Shown here piece after piece: positions 39,995-54,190 of a stretch of DNA of 64,000 nucleotides (the stretch's first letter is position 1; every line of letters starts with the position of its first letter). Made by a program: the position numbers and the translations under genes. Source of the DNA: Octopus vulgaris (Eukaryota). Under the pieces are notes generated by a model. The model was not told the DNA's origin, ran no database searches, and saw only the letters and a list, made by a program, of their open reading frames with translations. The stretch spans positions 179,862,001 through 179,926,000 of the forward strand of contig OX597814.1 of assembly GCA_951406725.2 (NCBI GenBank). Direction: 5' to 3'.

Positions 39995-40185
39995 TATTCT
40001 ATAAAAGTAAAATGAGGTTATATCACGATGCAGACACCAAGATTAAATTAAATTCACTTACTGGTTCCAACCCCAAACGAGATAAAACGAACGCCAAAAA
40101 GTCCACACAGGTAGAAATAAACCTTAGATGTATATTTTATGTGTATACAACCGTATACATAAAATTATGGTTCAAGCATATATAG

Positions 40186-40369
40186 CAGTGGTTTCCAAAC
40201 TATGAGTCGCAAACCCACAGATGGGTCGCGAACGGAATCTTAGTGGGTCGCAAAAGTTATAAAATTACGCATTAGCTTTCATTAACTGCTGTCTATCGAG
40301 ATAGTTCAAGACTTATAAACTGCTGTGATAAATAGTGGGTCGCGACTCTAAAAAGTTTGAGAACCACTG
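40186..40369. mobile_element. hAT (Charlie-like) MITE
   Basis: TIRs cagtggtttccaaact / agtttgagaaccactg, internal gggtcgc subterminal repeats; TSD not recognisable. Confidence 0.75.
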
Positions 40370-41223
40370 ATGCCATACCATACCACCCACCCCGAATACT
40401 TCAGCCTGTCTTAAATAAAACCTATACACATAATATACCAACTCAAATGCACATGTGTATGTATAAGCATATATTTCTACAAACATGTAGAAGAAACAGT
40501 ATACCCATAGATACAAATAAATACCTCCTCAAAGCAAGACACAAAATTCGATCCCACTCTAAGCAAAATCCCGCTGCAGCTACACTAAACACACTCATAC
40601 ACACGCATATTATGAACATAAGTAACATATACTTACTCATTAAAACAGAAACATAAGGGACGAAAGTCATTCGTTCATAAACACACCATTCATTAAAAGC
40701 ATATCCTTCCACAATAGATATATACTCTTCATAGCTAACATCACTCATAATCACTGATACAGAAACTCACAAGCATTCGCATCATTTTTCTTCAATTTCT
40801 ATGACCACTGGCAAAGAAAACACTCATCGCAGATTTAGACATTAGGATACCAAATCCTGATAACCACAATCAGACGTGCACCATACAAATATAAAGATTT
40901 CCTCGGGGGAATATCCAAAAACACAGTTCTAAAGAAATACAAACTGACATATCCACAAATACACAAAAACGCATATACACACACAGACACACAGGGAAAT
41001 ACATGCAAGCACACACGCATACAAACAATTATCTAGAAACCAAGGCTCATATACGTGCGCCTGAGTACGGGTATATACGTGTATATACATGTACATGTAT
41101 ACACACCCATATCAATGAGTGAATAAAGCTTAAATGAAGGCAGTTCTTAATTCTTTCTAGAGGCAAATTGATAATTCTTTTATACTTTCTGTGTGTCCGT
41201 AGCAAAGTATCAGCCAGTCAATC

Positions 41224-41351
<128 letters not shown>

Positions 41352-42673
41352 CGTGTGTGCGTTGACATATATATCGATTAAGAAAGACAGAATCGTTCAA
41401 GCGTGGTTATTATTCTTTGCTTGTACGACATTTTCCCTATGTTCTTTTCGATGTTCACTTAGAAAGTATATTGCCTTATAATCCATTTGTATCTCCGGAA
41501 AAAGATGTATCCATATATTTCTGACTGTAACGATCACAGTATCGCGTATCGATATATTTGTGATCATATCAACTGAACGGAAGAACGCTGTTCAGTAAAT
41601 GACACACAGGACTTCGCAAGAAACATTTAGAATAGCTAATAAATATCAAACTATTTCTTAATCAAATGACAATTACTGCATCATTAATTCGCTCTAAGAT
41701 ATCAACAAGTTAATGTGACCTCACAGTGACCTCTACCGGATTGAAGCAAGACAAGGATTAAATCTTACTTCTCATATATACAGGCTCTTGTATAGAGTCT
41801 AAACTATCTTTCTCGATTCTCTCTCATTCTGCTTTTCTTTCTATCTCTTTGTTTCTCTATCTTTCTCGCTTCACATGCACTCTCTGAAACGCACAGTCAC
41901 ACAGTTCGATTTATCTCATTCACGATTTCCCTCGGCTGCTCGTCACTCATTTACCTAGCCATCTCTTGCTTTTCTCGCTTAACTACCTTCAAGTTATTGC
42001 ATCGCTGTCACTCAACTAAAGCCAGTGTAGCCAAGAGAAATTAATTCCTTTGTCATCGTCGTCGTTGTCATCACCACCACCACCACCACCACTACACCAT
42101 CATCGTTATCTTCATCAAAATCATCACTGTCATTCCTAGTGACTGTTCTGTAAAAATCGATAGCGTCCGCAATAATTACATAATTACATAATTACCTCAC
42201 CATCTTTATTATTATTATTATTATTATGGAAAAAATATTTTTTCTTAATATGTGTTTCATTTGCACATTGTCCATTGGATGCCACCCAGTCGCCTGAAGT
42301 AGACAACGGATATTATATTCATAATATACTTGATAAGTGAATGATGTCGAGAAATGGTAGAACTAGATGAAATTACTTAAGTACATATGAATGTTAAATA
42401 AAAAATTCTAAAGAAACTATATGAAATTTACGCTGAGAATACTCTTCGTAAAATGTGCACAATTTCCATTAATGCTAAAATGTTTTATTTCTTTCGAGCA
42501 TATCTATGAATTTATCGTTTCCTTCCCTTATCACTCCGAGTATCCCTATAATAACAGGTATCGTGGGGGTTTGCATCTTTCACATTTTGGCAATCACCAT
42601 ACCTAGGTTTTTGCATTTCTACATTTTATTAAATTCATCATCATTATTATTATTATCATTATTATTATTATTA

Positions 42674-42753
<80 letters not shown>

Positions 42754-42755
<2 letters not shown>

Positions 42756-43050
42756 GGCAGAATTGTTAGCACGCCACGCGAAATGCTTAACGGTATTTCG
42801 TCTGCCGTTACGTTCAAATTCCGACGAGGTCTACTTTGCCTTTCATCCTTTCGGGGTCGTAAAAATAAGTACCAGTTAAATACTGGTCGATGTAATCGAC
42901 TTATCCCCTCCCTTAAAATGCCAGGCCTTGTGCCTATAGTAGAAAGGAATATTATTATCACTGGAAGGATTATTATTACTGAAAGGCGGTGAGCTTGCAG
43001 AATCGTTAGCACGCTGGACGAAATACTTAGCGGTATTTCGACCGTCGAGA
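42754..43050 (+). mobile_element. SINE family D: one copy plus a second 5' partial copy, within (TAA)n
   Basis: aaggcagaattgttagcacg..gttcaaattcc..gcctttcatcctttcggggtcg; second head at ~42983. Confidence 0.75.
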
Positions 43051-43063
43051 AAGATTATTATCG

Positions 43064-43130
<67 letters not shown>

Positions 43131-45057
43131 CATATGTTTGACTGTTGCTTTACAAGTTGGCTCCAGGTCTCACCCACAGACCTCAAGAGACAACTTGAGA
43201 TTACATAGAAAGTATTTTGAGTGGGATATGGGCAGTTCCCATGAGCACTAGCTTTTGAATTTCTGCCATTTTGGGGTTTCCTGGTATTTGAGCTAGGTAA
43301 CAATCAGTCCCTTTTGCCATCATTTCCAAGGGCACCTATAACAACAGGTATTGTTTTAGTCTTCAGGTTCCACATTTTGCTATTTCAAGATATTTACACT
43401 TGGTCAGTTTTTGGTAGGTCTTGAGAGATACATTTATATCGATTGAGACAGTCATATCAATGATGCGGCATGATTTTTGTCTGAAGTCTTTCAATATGAT
43501 GTCTGAACTATTTGCATCTATCCTTCTGTCAGCTTGAAAGGTGAAGTTCCAGAGGAGTGAGATGAGATAATTTTCAAGCAGTGAAGGTGGTTTGTGTTCC
43601 CACTAGTTTTTATCATGGGACAAGTTCAGGTTTGTGCAAATTACCCAGTGAATATATTGTGCAGCTCTATCATTCCTGTTGAGATACTCTGTAGGCGCAA
43701 AAAGACTGCACTTGGAGACAATATGATCCATGTTGAGCTACTCTCGTTCTTTAATATGTTGGCCTGGTAGTTTCATGTAGGTAGGCATTGAACTTGGGCT
43801 GCTATGATAAACCTTTCTGTTTCAGATTTTAAGCCAGAAACCATTAGCCATTGATAGGTAAGGGCTTTGTCAACATCGGCATTATTAGCTCTCTTTGAGT
43901 ATTTGCCATTGAGAGGTTTTTCTTGTCATTTATCAGTAAGAATATCTAAGGCAGCAGTTTTAGCACGGGTTTTCATACGCTTAGCTTTTTCTGCGCTTGT
44001 TTCTTGTATGTCTAATTCTGGAATTTGTTGTATTTGGAATTCAATTAGATATTCCTTTGCCTGTTTCGTTACTGAGTATGATACTTTCTTGTTTTCATGT
44101 TTTGAGACAAGTTTTAATATCCAGTCCTCAAAGTTTTCAGGTAGGCTAATTGTAGCAACCTTCATTGTTAATGCCAGTTGTAAAAGTCCACGGTCTCCCT
44201 CTTTTCTTGGCAGGTAAACTCGTTATATATCTGCCTTAGGTGGTACATTCTATGCATTGTCAACAGTTTTCGTATTTTTCTGTCAAGATTGCATATTTCA
44301 GTAATTGACGAGTTAATGATATTGAAACTGTAAGTCTCGACTGGAATGGCTAAAGCATTGATCGCTTCGATCCTGTTTCTTGCATTCAGCTCTGTCTTGA
44401 GTATTGCTCTTACTCTGCGATAATATTCTCTCCTGATCCTTTCCTTCATCACTGAATGCCTTATTCCGTCCCCTTCAAGTACTCCTAGGTATTTGTAGCT
44501 CTCTGCTGGTTCTAACTCTTTTATGACATTCTGCTGGTCAAGGTTAACGTTAGATGTTTCTGTCATTTTTCCTTTGATAAAGGTAGCTTTTTCACATTTA
44601 TCAAGGCCCAATTGCATTCTGATGTAATCACTGAATTGCTTAACAATCGCTAGTAATCCCTTGAGTTGTTGGTCATTTTTTGCCTAGACCTTTAAATCCT
44701 CCATATAAATGAGATGATTTATATTTTTATCAAACATTTTATCACCTTACTATGCATCATTGAGCAATTTTGAGAGAGGTATTAAGGCTAGACAAAAGTG
44801 GAGTGGTGATAGTGAGTCACTCCGGAAAATGCCATATGAAAGTTTTACATCTCCAGCATTTAGAGATTCATTGTCACTGTTCAAAGTCAGTGTGGTTCTC
44901 CATGATCTTATACTTACAGACAAAAGGTTTTGCATAGTAGGCGCTATTTTATACATTTCCAGACATTTCTTAATCCAGCTATGTGGTAGGCTATCAAATG
45001 CTTTTTTTATAGTCTATCCAGGCAATTGACAAGTTTTTGCGTAGTTTGTAACATTTG
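43131..45057 (-). mobile_element. R4/Dong-type non-LTR retrotransposon, 5'-truncated, decayed RT to REL
   Basis: AWIDYKK, GIFRSDSLSPLHFCLAL, LGLDKC, YKYLG, AINALAIP motifs; long (TAA)n at both junctions. Confidence 0.9.
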
Positions 45058-45194
<137 letters not shown>

Positions 45195-45235
45195 CATTAT
45201 TATAATTATTACTATTATTATCATTATTATTATTA

Positions 45236-46282
45236 TTAAAACGTCAAGTATGAACGAGAGCAACCAGCGTCCACATGTTAATGGAATGACATCATCAGTT
45301 TTTAAGTTACAATTTTATAACAGGCGAAAAGAAAAAAGACAGAAAAAAAACAGAAAAAGATGACGACAGAAAAGAAGGAAAGAAGAGAGAAAGAAGAATA
45401 TTTAATCAAACAGTTTTGTATAAACTTGATGATATTCTCCTGTCATCTTATTCATTCCTCCAGGGCGTGATGTTGATAACCCGCAAACATATTTCTCCTC
45501 ATACATTCTGAGAAGTGAAAGCGAAGCAGATTCAGAATATTTTCTGAGAATATGCACTTTCAAGTCTTCTTCAAAATTGCAGCCGCTTGAAACGAAATGT
45601 TCAGCAAGTTCTGTCGAAATACTGTTATTGTGCCTGACGTCGAATCTGTGCCCATTAAACCTTTTTGTTTAATTGTTCTGTGGTGCAACCATCTTAAATT
45701 GTGTTTAGTGCAATATGCAGCGTACACCAAATGAGAATCTTTACATGTTCCACCTTCTGTATAAATCATAACATTTCTGTTATGATTTGTGATGGAATTC
45801 ACTTCACTGATGTTGTTACACAATGAACAGGGCTTACCTCTCTTGTGGCTGTTCATACGTATAAATACTCCAATGTTCGTTTTCTTGGAGTCAGATATAG
45901 AGGTCAATAATTCTCTTATATTCTTATTCCGTCTAAAGGCCACAATAGGCGGCTGAGGAAATATCTGTTTGAAACGAGGATATTTCTTCGCTACATGCTG
46001 GTAACTTTCATGCAACGCTTTTGAAATGCCAGCGAAATGCCGGTGCCAGCTAATCACAAAAGGAATTCTGTTATCTATTGTATTGCGTTTGCTAATATTA
46101 TGCGTGTAGGTTTGACTATCTTTGCTAATCTTAGCTATTTCCTTTAATCGTGATTCACTGTAACCGCGTTTTATCCTCATTAATGGTAGGTACATATACT
46201 TTTTTATATTTTTAACAAGAAACTTCAGGTAACTTCCTACAATGCGTTTGACGTTTACCTCATACAGAGAGACAAAGGACAT
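45236..46282 (-). mobile_element. Penelope-like element 3' part (thumb, linker, frameshifted GIY-YIG, 3' UTR)
   Basis: ORF 45560-46282: RGYSESRL, RIPFVISWH, PPIVAFRRNKNIRELL, CSLC, TCKDSHLVYAAYC; C-terminus in another frame. Confidence 0.8.
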
Positions 46283-47325
46283 AATCTTATTTTCCTGCTT
46301 CTGTTTATATATGCCTCAAGACAGTGTCGCGTTAGATAAACACATTGACGAAATAGATGTGAAAGTGAAAATAACTACATAGAAAAAAAATTTGAAATAA
46401 AAAAGAGAAGAAATTAAACACAAGTACAAAAAATGTCTCCAGGTTTTGACATCCACCAGCAAAAACACGAAAACAGATGTAGACAGAAACTTAAAAATGC
46501 TTCTAATTTCTTCCACCTCAGAAACTTCTCACTCGGTGACATCTCGGTGCAACGAAGCGGAGAAACGTAAATTTATGTTTTTAAATAATTACTTTAACCA
46601 GAAAGTCAGGATAGAAGAAAAGTAGTAGTCTCCACATTTAACAAGTGATAGTGACACATATTGATCCTCATCGCAAGTAAGCCCACCGGCACAAAGAAAT
46701 ATGTAAGCACATCATCAACAAAAACATGGAGTGGAAAACATACGTACAACAACAAAGAAATAATAACAACTTCAACACCAACAGGCAAACACAGCAAAAT
46801 CACACAACACTATGGGAGTGGATACAAGCGGTGAACTAATTATTCGTGACGAAGAAAAAGTGAAAAAAAAGAGACTTTTTTCTATCGAAATAGTCTTCTC
46901 GTAAACAAAAACAAATGTATGCAGAGTTACCACCCAAATACTTAAGGATGTTCCAAAAGAAAGCTAATAATAGACGCAGTCTGCCAAGAAACCTTAGACG
47001 TCAGAAAACCTAGATAACTAGTTATTCAAGAAGACCAATTAAGGTAACCTTACCCTCATTTCATTCGATATCTGACCATTGTGACGGTACTCATTGTAGG
47101 TAATATAACTGCATACGAAGAAGGACCATATTCGTAGCAAAAGTACTACGTCAACGTCTTCAGATCATGGTGTATAAATGGATGAGGTAGCAGTCAGGCA
47201 GGCCAGGATGGTAAGTCGGTAGTGCCGGACATGATCAGTAGTAGAAACAGTGGCATATTCAGGGCAACCGGTTTTCCTTAAGCGGTTAGAAACGTTCATG
47301 GGCTCCTCATTATTTTCTCTCTTTC

Positions 47326-47448
<123 letters not shown>

Positions 47449-47930
47449 CAGAAGTTGGTTGCTTCACTTTTATGTTATTGTCGATGCTGAGATTAAATGA
47501 CTTCTTCCCGGAACTGACTCGAACTGTTCTGTTAAGCGAGGTCTTTGATTTTGAGGATACCAAAACTTTGTGTGATGACGGACAACCTGCTTGAACAGAG
47601 ATGCAGCAAAGCCGGATCAGCATACGAGAAAGATCCTTCTGACTAATACAGTAGTAGACAGCGTGCTAACAAGATGTTCAGAATCTATCATGCAGCCCTG
47701 AAATTGAAAAAAATACACATAAATGAAAAGCTAGAAGTATAACTTCAAAATGAAAATCGTATTGTCGAAATATATTTGATTTTTGGCCAGATAATGTCCC
47801 CGATGGTGAAATAAAATTAATTAGTAAGGAATTTGTATATAATAAATATGACTCAAGAGAAGTATGAGTTCAAGTAAAGAATTATTTGGTGTTAAGATTA
47901 ATGACACTGGAACAGGATCCACTATCACTA

Positions 47931-48172
47931 ACGTGGCTTAGTGGTTAAGATGTTGAACTCATGATCGTAAGGTTGTGGTTTCGATTCCTGGACCGGGCGA
48001 TGCGTTGTGTTCTTGAGCAAAACACTTCATTTTCACGTTGCTCCAGTCTACTCAGCTGGCAAAAATGAGTAATTCTGCGACGGACCGGCGTCCCGTCCAG
48101 GTGGGGAATTTCTATGCCACTGAAACCGGGAAACCGGCCCTTATGAACCTGGCATGGCTCGAGAAGGAACAA
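47931..48172 (+). mobile_element. SINE family B/C
   Basis: tggcttagtgg A box, ggtttcgattcc B box, gaaaccgggaaaccggcccttatga. Confidence 0.75.
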
Positions 48173-48529
48173 TAATATTTTAGGAATATTTAGCAAAAAT
48201 TTCTTTCAAGTCGGGGCGACTGCTTAGAGGCTTCTTTGTTCTATCGATTTAGCTATTTCATTAGGGTTGACCTGATCCTACACAACGGCAATAAATCAAT
48301 ATTGCCATCTACAAACATTATCTCCAGTAGAGACACAGCATATGTATTTTACATGATATATAAATATGAATAAAATAATAAATATTCGAATCACTCAGAT
48401 GAAAATGGAATAGAATGTAGACCTTCCCATTAGCTTAATTCTTTAAAACTTTTTCGCAGCTCACTTAAATTATAAAAGTTCATGTAAGATATCGTGGACC
48501 GCATCTAGGAGAGGAACTCTACTTGTGGA

Positions 48530-48845
48530 CTCACGTTGTACCTTCCGATTCTAAGCTTGCTCTCCGCTTTTCCTCTTTTCTCTCGCAGCTATAATTTCCT
48601 CTGTACCTCGTATCTGGTTAATTTTGTATCTTCTCCATTCAAGCATACCCTACTCACTCGCTTCTCTAGACTCATCAAACCCTTTATCGTATCCAACCCC
48701 CAAGACCCAGTACAAATCATTATTCCCAATCTTTACACTCAAGAACATCGATCTTCTGGAATCTCTTCTCTGCTCATGTTCTTCCTAAGGGTGCAAAATT
48801 ATGAACACATCCCTTTTGTACAAATATGTTTTGAATTTCACTCTT
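48530..48845 (+). pseudogene. Old LINE (CR1/Jockey-like) ORF2 C-terminal remnant
   Basis: Translation resembles the TR..F.V..P..SF..RTS.LWN.L C-terminal pattern; heavily decayed. Confidence 0.4.
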
Positions 48846-51800
48846 AGATGGAAAAAGAAAATATTTAGCGGCAATTGCAAGCGACTTCCAAAGTAATGTA
48901 GAGATGATATCGAGAAATTTGGAATTTATCTCTAATAATGTATTTAAATACTTCAGAAGAAAGGCTGATATTTGCCGGGAAGAGACACATATATGTATGC
49001 TTTCATCTATTACTTTTGCTGTTGTTTAGCTCGGAGTCAGCTCTGAGAAAGTTAACCTATGATCCTTAGTGTGACCACTTCTTCCTTTGTTTATAATAGT
49101 TTTTCTATCGTGTTTTAATACAATAAGTTACTCACTAATTGAGGAAAATTTGGCTGCGATTTCTAGTGTCAGGTGATTATTAGTGGTTCTGAACTTGGCA
49201 ATGAAGTCAGAATCGCAACTACCAGAGAGCAGCAAGGTTAGACATCAGTAGTAAACCAGCATCTTTGAATTAGGTTTATTCTGTTTCATATTTAATGTCA
49301 ATCGGTTATGGTGTGTTTACTAACAAATAATTCCATTGACCACATCATACTTTAGTAATCATCTAGAAGTTTAATTCCCTTTCCGTTACAAGTTTGAAAG
49401 ACTTCTTTGCCAATAAATAAATGATGCTAAACGAATATTCGAAGTTCGTTCAACATGTGAACAACAAGCCATTTGATGCAAATACGTTCCCCTATCTCTC
49501 CTACTGATGTGAAAAAAAAGACACACAAAACCTCTTGACATTCTGTGGTCTGAAATAAGCAGAATGTTTTTGCTTTTGTTTCACTCAACTAGACTTATGA
49601 TCAGCGGTTACCTGCTATGTCTAATAGATTGAGAACCAAATTTGCTCTGTGCATCAGTTACTGCACTGTCATAGTAGACTGTATATTTACACATTGTAGT
49701 CATTGATAGAATCAAATACAGTAGAATTAATAAAGCATAGATCTTTCTATGAACTGCACTGATCAATAATACTGGTACTGAACTTTGGTTTATGTTGTCT
49801 TTAGTCTCACCCCTCCCGGCTTGAGCTCATGTATATAATAGGCTGTTGTGCAGAAATATATGAAACCTGCAGAAACATTTCTAACCGAGAGAGGCAACAA
49901 GTCTAACTGAAGTAGATTTGAGCTTACGTACAATGATATGGTAATTAAATACCATATTCATTCGGCCATTATGTCTTTGAATAATAAAGTTACTTTTATG
50001 GCCTGTCCAATTTCTGGCTTATTATAGGTTAAACAAATGTTGCTACATTTCGTTAAACTGTCATCGTTAGTAATTTTGTTTTCGGTTATGGAATACCTTC
50101 AAAAATGTTTCCAAAAGAATAGGCATAGAATCATTTCACAATAAAATACTTCGGCTTATTCCTCTTATTTTTCTATTGTAGATTAGATTTGACACCAAGA
50201 AGATTAAAGATCTTCATCATATAGGTATTTTACATATGAGTTTTCTTATTCACTATAACATAAAAATCCACACATCTCAGTGGGAACATAATTTAGTTTT
50301 CTCTGAAAATAGCCTCTCTAATAATGACATGCTTTAAAGTTATTTTTTGACATTTTATTTGATCTCAGTAAATTATTTAACAAATATCAAAATTGGATTT
50401 GACTGAGTATATACAAGCAATGAATGAAAATAATTTCAATCGCCTTTAGTATGTCAGTCTTTCAATCTCCCGGGGAGGTGCTCCACAGTAACAATTGTAA
50501 AAGTTGTAAGAAACATTTATATTGATATGCTGCGAGGATTAATATATACGTCTGTAAATTTCACATATTCAATATATTAGAACATAAACGAAGAGGCAAC
50601 TAAATGTGGTTCTAGCTCTGAATTATATTGTTTCTTTACTGTCCAGAGTTGTTAAACTAGAAAAATATTCTGATGTTCGTGTACAACAAAACGCTCCAAT
50701 TTCCCTTGGTATTAAAAATCGAATTTGCTTTCATATTTGTATTTTGACCCAAACTAAAATTCCCTTACAAAAATATTTCATGACTAAAAGTTAAGTTCAT
50801 TCTTAAGTTGATAATATTTTATCTGAACGAGGAACACATCTAAAAACAGAATTTATTTCACTAAGAAAAATATACATGTGATCAATATTCTTGGAATACT
50901 CTGTTCAAATAATATCGTAGAGAAACAGTCAGTGTTCAGGCAGCTTCTATTGTCCGTTTAGTTTATGGTTTAGAACATATATAAATATATACCAAATTAA
51001 AGGCATGCCAGATCTCATAAGAGGAAAAGGAAAGTAATTGTTGAGCTGAACAATTAAAATTATTTGCTCATCTTCTACCAATTGTTTTTTTTTTATGTTT
51101 TGTTGTCGGGTGTACTGTTGAGTAATAGCAATACAATTAAAAACAAGGGAATGTCTATTATATTCTACTTCCATGGGTATTTAAACACTGCTCAGATGTG
51201 TTCGAATTTAAATTTTATTATGGTATCACTGTTTAAATCCAGATCAATTTTGCTTGAGAAAACCAACTATCAAAAACATTCCTGCCACCAAAATCCAGGT
51301 TTTGTAGCTCTGTCTTAGACTGTAATGTTGTTGCTGTTTTTGTAACGCTGTCTGGGTCTGGTAAGGCTACCTACTACTATACTAGTACTTCCATCTTTGT
51401 CGGGCTATCTAGAACTCTACTAGTTTCCATCTTCGTAAGGGTTGTTTGCGATTATATTATGCTTTCATTTGTTGCTTTAAACAATGTGGTACGATTTGAG
51501 AATAATATGGCTGTTGCGTCTAACATGTCGAGCGATCATGTTATGGGTCTCCATTTTTTATCCGTCTAGAGTAGATATTTTACTAGTTTCCTCAAAATTT
51601 CTTATTTCTAAATAAAAGCTAATCGATATTTCACTTCAAATTTCTGTAAAGTAATCAAAAGTTGTGTAGAAAAGTATCCTCCAGACTGCTGACATTGACG
51701 TTCTTTATATTCAGTTTGAACATCTGCAGGTTTATTAAGTCCTTAAGCCCCAGACGAGCCTTTAACAAGCACACGTATGATTAAAGGCAAACCAGTACTA

Positions 51801-52301
51801 ATAACTGACGTTTTGAAAGCAATCCGAAAATATATTATTTTATATGGCTTTCACTTTTTAAGGCGGTTGAGTGCTTTATGAGGAACAGTTGACTTCTATT
51901 TCTAACAGGTCATACAACAATGTAGAGTAGTGATTCACCTTGTGTTTGACATCACGGACCACAGGAGATTAAGTAAAATAGTGTTGATGCATACCTTTAC
52001 ATAGAAAATTAAAAACTATTTACATAATTCGTATATAGTATGGATGCAAGATACAAGTACAATAACTGCAGAAATTCAGCTGAAATTTAAATGTACTGTG
52101 CACAAGAGACTTCATATATCAAGAGCTGAAGGGGTCAAGCATCTAAACTCACGTGATTACGGAAAGAAAGGTTGACCGAAGATCTACCTACGCGAATATG
52201 GTCGTGCAAGATTCAATGAAGAGAAAGTGCTTTTCTCATAATAGAGGGCAATCAGCATACATACAAACACACACACACACATACACGCATATACATATAT
52301 A

Positions 52302-52762
52302 TGCGTGGCATCTTGGGCAAGTGTCTTCTACTATAGCCTTGGGCCGACCGAAGCCTTGTAAGTGGATTTGGTAGACGGAAACTGAAAGAAGCCCGTCGTA
52401 TATATGTATATATATGTGTGTGTGTGTGTGTTTGTGTATGTTTATGTGTCTGTGTTTGTCCCCCCAACATCGCTTGACAACTGGTGCTGGTGTGTTTACA
52501 TCCCCGTAACTTAGGGGATCGGCAAAAGAGACCGATAGAATAAGTACTAGGCTGTTGTGTGGACGCACCCAGACGATGAAGTAGGCTAGCCCAATACGTA
52601 GATATAAAGGGAGAAGTCTAGACGTCGGGCGTTGAGTAGACATCATCGGAACGTGCGATATAACATAGGCTTACAAAGAATAAGTCCTGGGGTCGATTTA
52701 CTCGACTAAAGGCGGTGTTCCAGCATGGCCACAGTCAAATGACTGAAACAAGTAAAAGAGTA
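52302..52762 (+). mobile_element. SINE family A, 5'-truncated, with nested solo LTR
   Basis: Consensus gtactaggcttacaaag is split by a 113-bp insert. Confidence 0.85.
52553..52665. mobile_element. Solo LTR (113 bp) with 5-bp TSD TAGGC
   Basis: TG...CA termini (tgttgtgt / atataaca), TAGGC at 52548-52552 and 52666-52670, internal tataaa. Confidence 0.8.
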
Positions 52763-52999
52763 CATATATATATATGCAACATCCAAGGATCGAGGCGTAG
52801 GAAGAAGGTTAGCACCAAGCAATCCGTAGAAAATATAAAAAAACAACTTTCAGGGACAATAGTGGTTTATTGAGACAGAAGGTTGTGGATTTTTCATATC
52901 AAAGTACGATAAATTGGAAAAAGTTCTTTTTATATCTCACTGTAGGCAACCAGGGTTGCAGGGTATGCGAATAAGAATACAAGAATTAAGGAAAGAATT

Positions 53000-53105
53000 A
53001 GATAAGATCCGGGCTACCTATATTTCATAGCGAGCGAAACCTCGGAAGTGGTAAATATTCAAGCGAGAATTATACCACAGGCTGCTCTTCAGGCCAAGGT
53101 TATCT
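53000..53105 (-). ncRNA. Type I hammerhead motif with extended stem II (partly decayed)
   Basis: Minus: ggc-CTGAAGA-gcagc-(49 nt incl. gtggta/taccac stem)-gctat-GAAA-tatagg-TA-gcc; outer agataa/ttatct pairing. Confidence 0.55.
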
Positions 53106-53182
53106 TCATTAAATGAAAGTTTACATTGTCACAAGGAGGTACATGTTAACACATGGAAGATTCAATCAGAATATATATATTG

Positions 53183-53263
<81 letters not shown>

Positions 53264-53422
53264 TTAATAGATGAGAGCCAAATATTCTTTGTATAGAATA
53301 CACTGACTAGTGCACAAGAGACTTAAACTTGAGCAGGTATAGAGGAAATGCAGGGATAAGCGAATTAGAAAGATCGATTTATAAAGTGTATTAAATGCAT
53401 GAAATACAAAAAATGTATGCGT

Positions 53423-53551
53423 GTATACATATAAAAAGCTCCAACTTACACAGATTAGAAATGATATAGAGAATTAAAGGAGTGGAGGAAAAGTGTTTAA
53501 TTATCTGTATGATTTCTAATCTGTGTAGGTTGGACCTTTTTACATGTATAC
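53423..53551. repeat. Imperfect hairpin, ~56-bp arms
   Basis: 53423-53478 vs 53496-53551. Confidence 0.8.
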
Positions 53552-53713
53552 ATACGTGGTTTAATCAATAAGTATACATACGTGATCTGATCAATAAGTA
53601 TCGGGTCTATTGTTTATGATGGATAAACAATGTTTGGGCGCATACAAAAATAATATCGTAATTCTAACCAGAGATCTTTATATATATTCGGTATTTGCAA
53701 AAGCAATAAATGG

Positions 53714-54157
53714 AGTATAAGGAAAGGAAAAATTATAGCCGTAGACGATATTTAATTCCTAATCCAGGTTGGTGCAGGACCAATAAACGTTCTACAAATT
53801 GTTTCGGAGTCTAATTAATTCCAAAGACAAAAACGAAAAACTCTTCTTGAAATAAAAAGTAGATTCTTCTTGAAATAAAATGTAGATTCTTCTTGAAATA
53901 AAAAGTAGATTTTGTTGTTGTGAAAGACCTTTCATAACCGAGACGGGAACGAACAAATCTGGGCTGTCGTAATTATTCATACCAGTATGTAATATCTAAC
54001 GAAGAATCAAATTTTTATTTCAAGAAGAGCTTTTCGTTTTTGTCTTTGGAATTAATTAGACTCCAAAACACTTTGTAGAATGTTTATTGATTGGTTCTGT
54101 ACCAACTGGATTATGCATTAAAAATCGTCTACGCCTACAATTTTTGATTTCCTTATA

Positions 54158-54159
<2 letters not shown>
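53714..54159. repeat. Fold-back element: ~140-bp imperfect inverted arms around a spacer, with 22-bp tandem repeats
   Basis: agtataaggaaa...ccaaagacaaaaacgaaaa vs ttttcgtttttgtctttgg...tttccttatact; tcttgaaataaaa.gtagatt x3; ends at (TA)n. Confidence 0.8.

Positions 54160-54190
<31 letters not shown>

Noticed and set aside
47040-47170. Minus CTGAAGA...GAAA...GTA
   Set aside because: Stems I and II do not pair.
47450-47594. Possible exon after (GT)n-ttcag
   Set aside because: Short frame without homology evidence.
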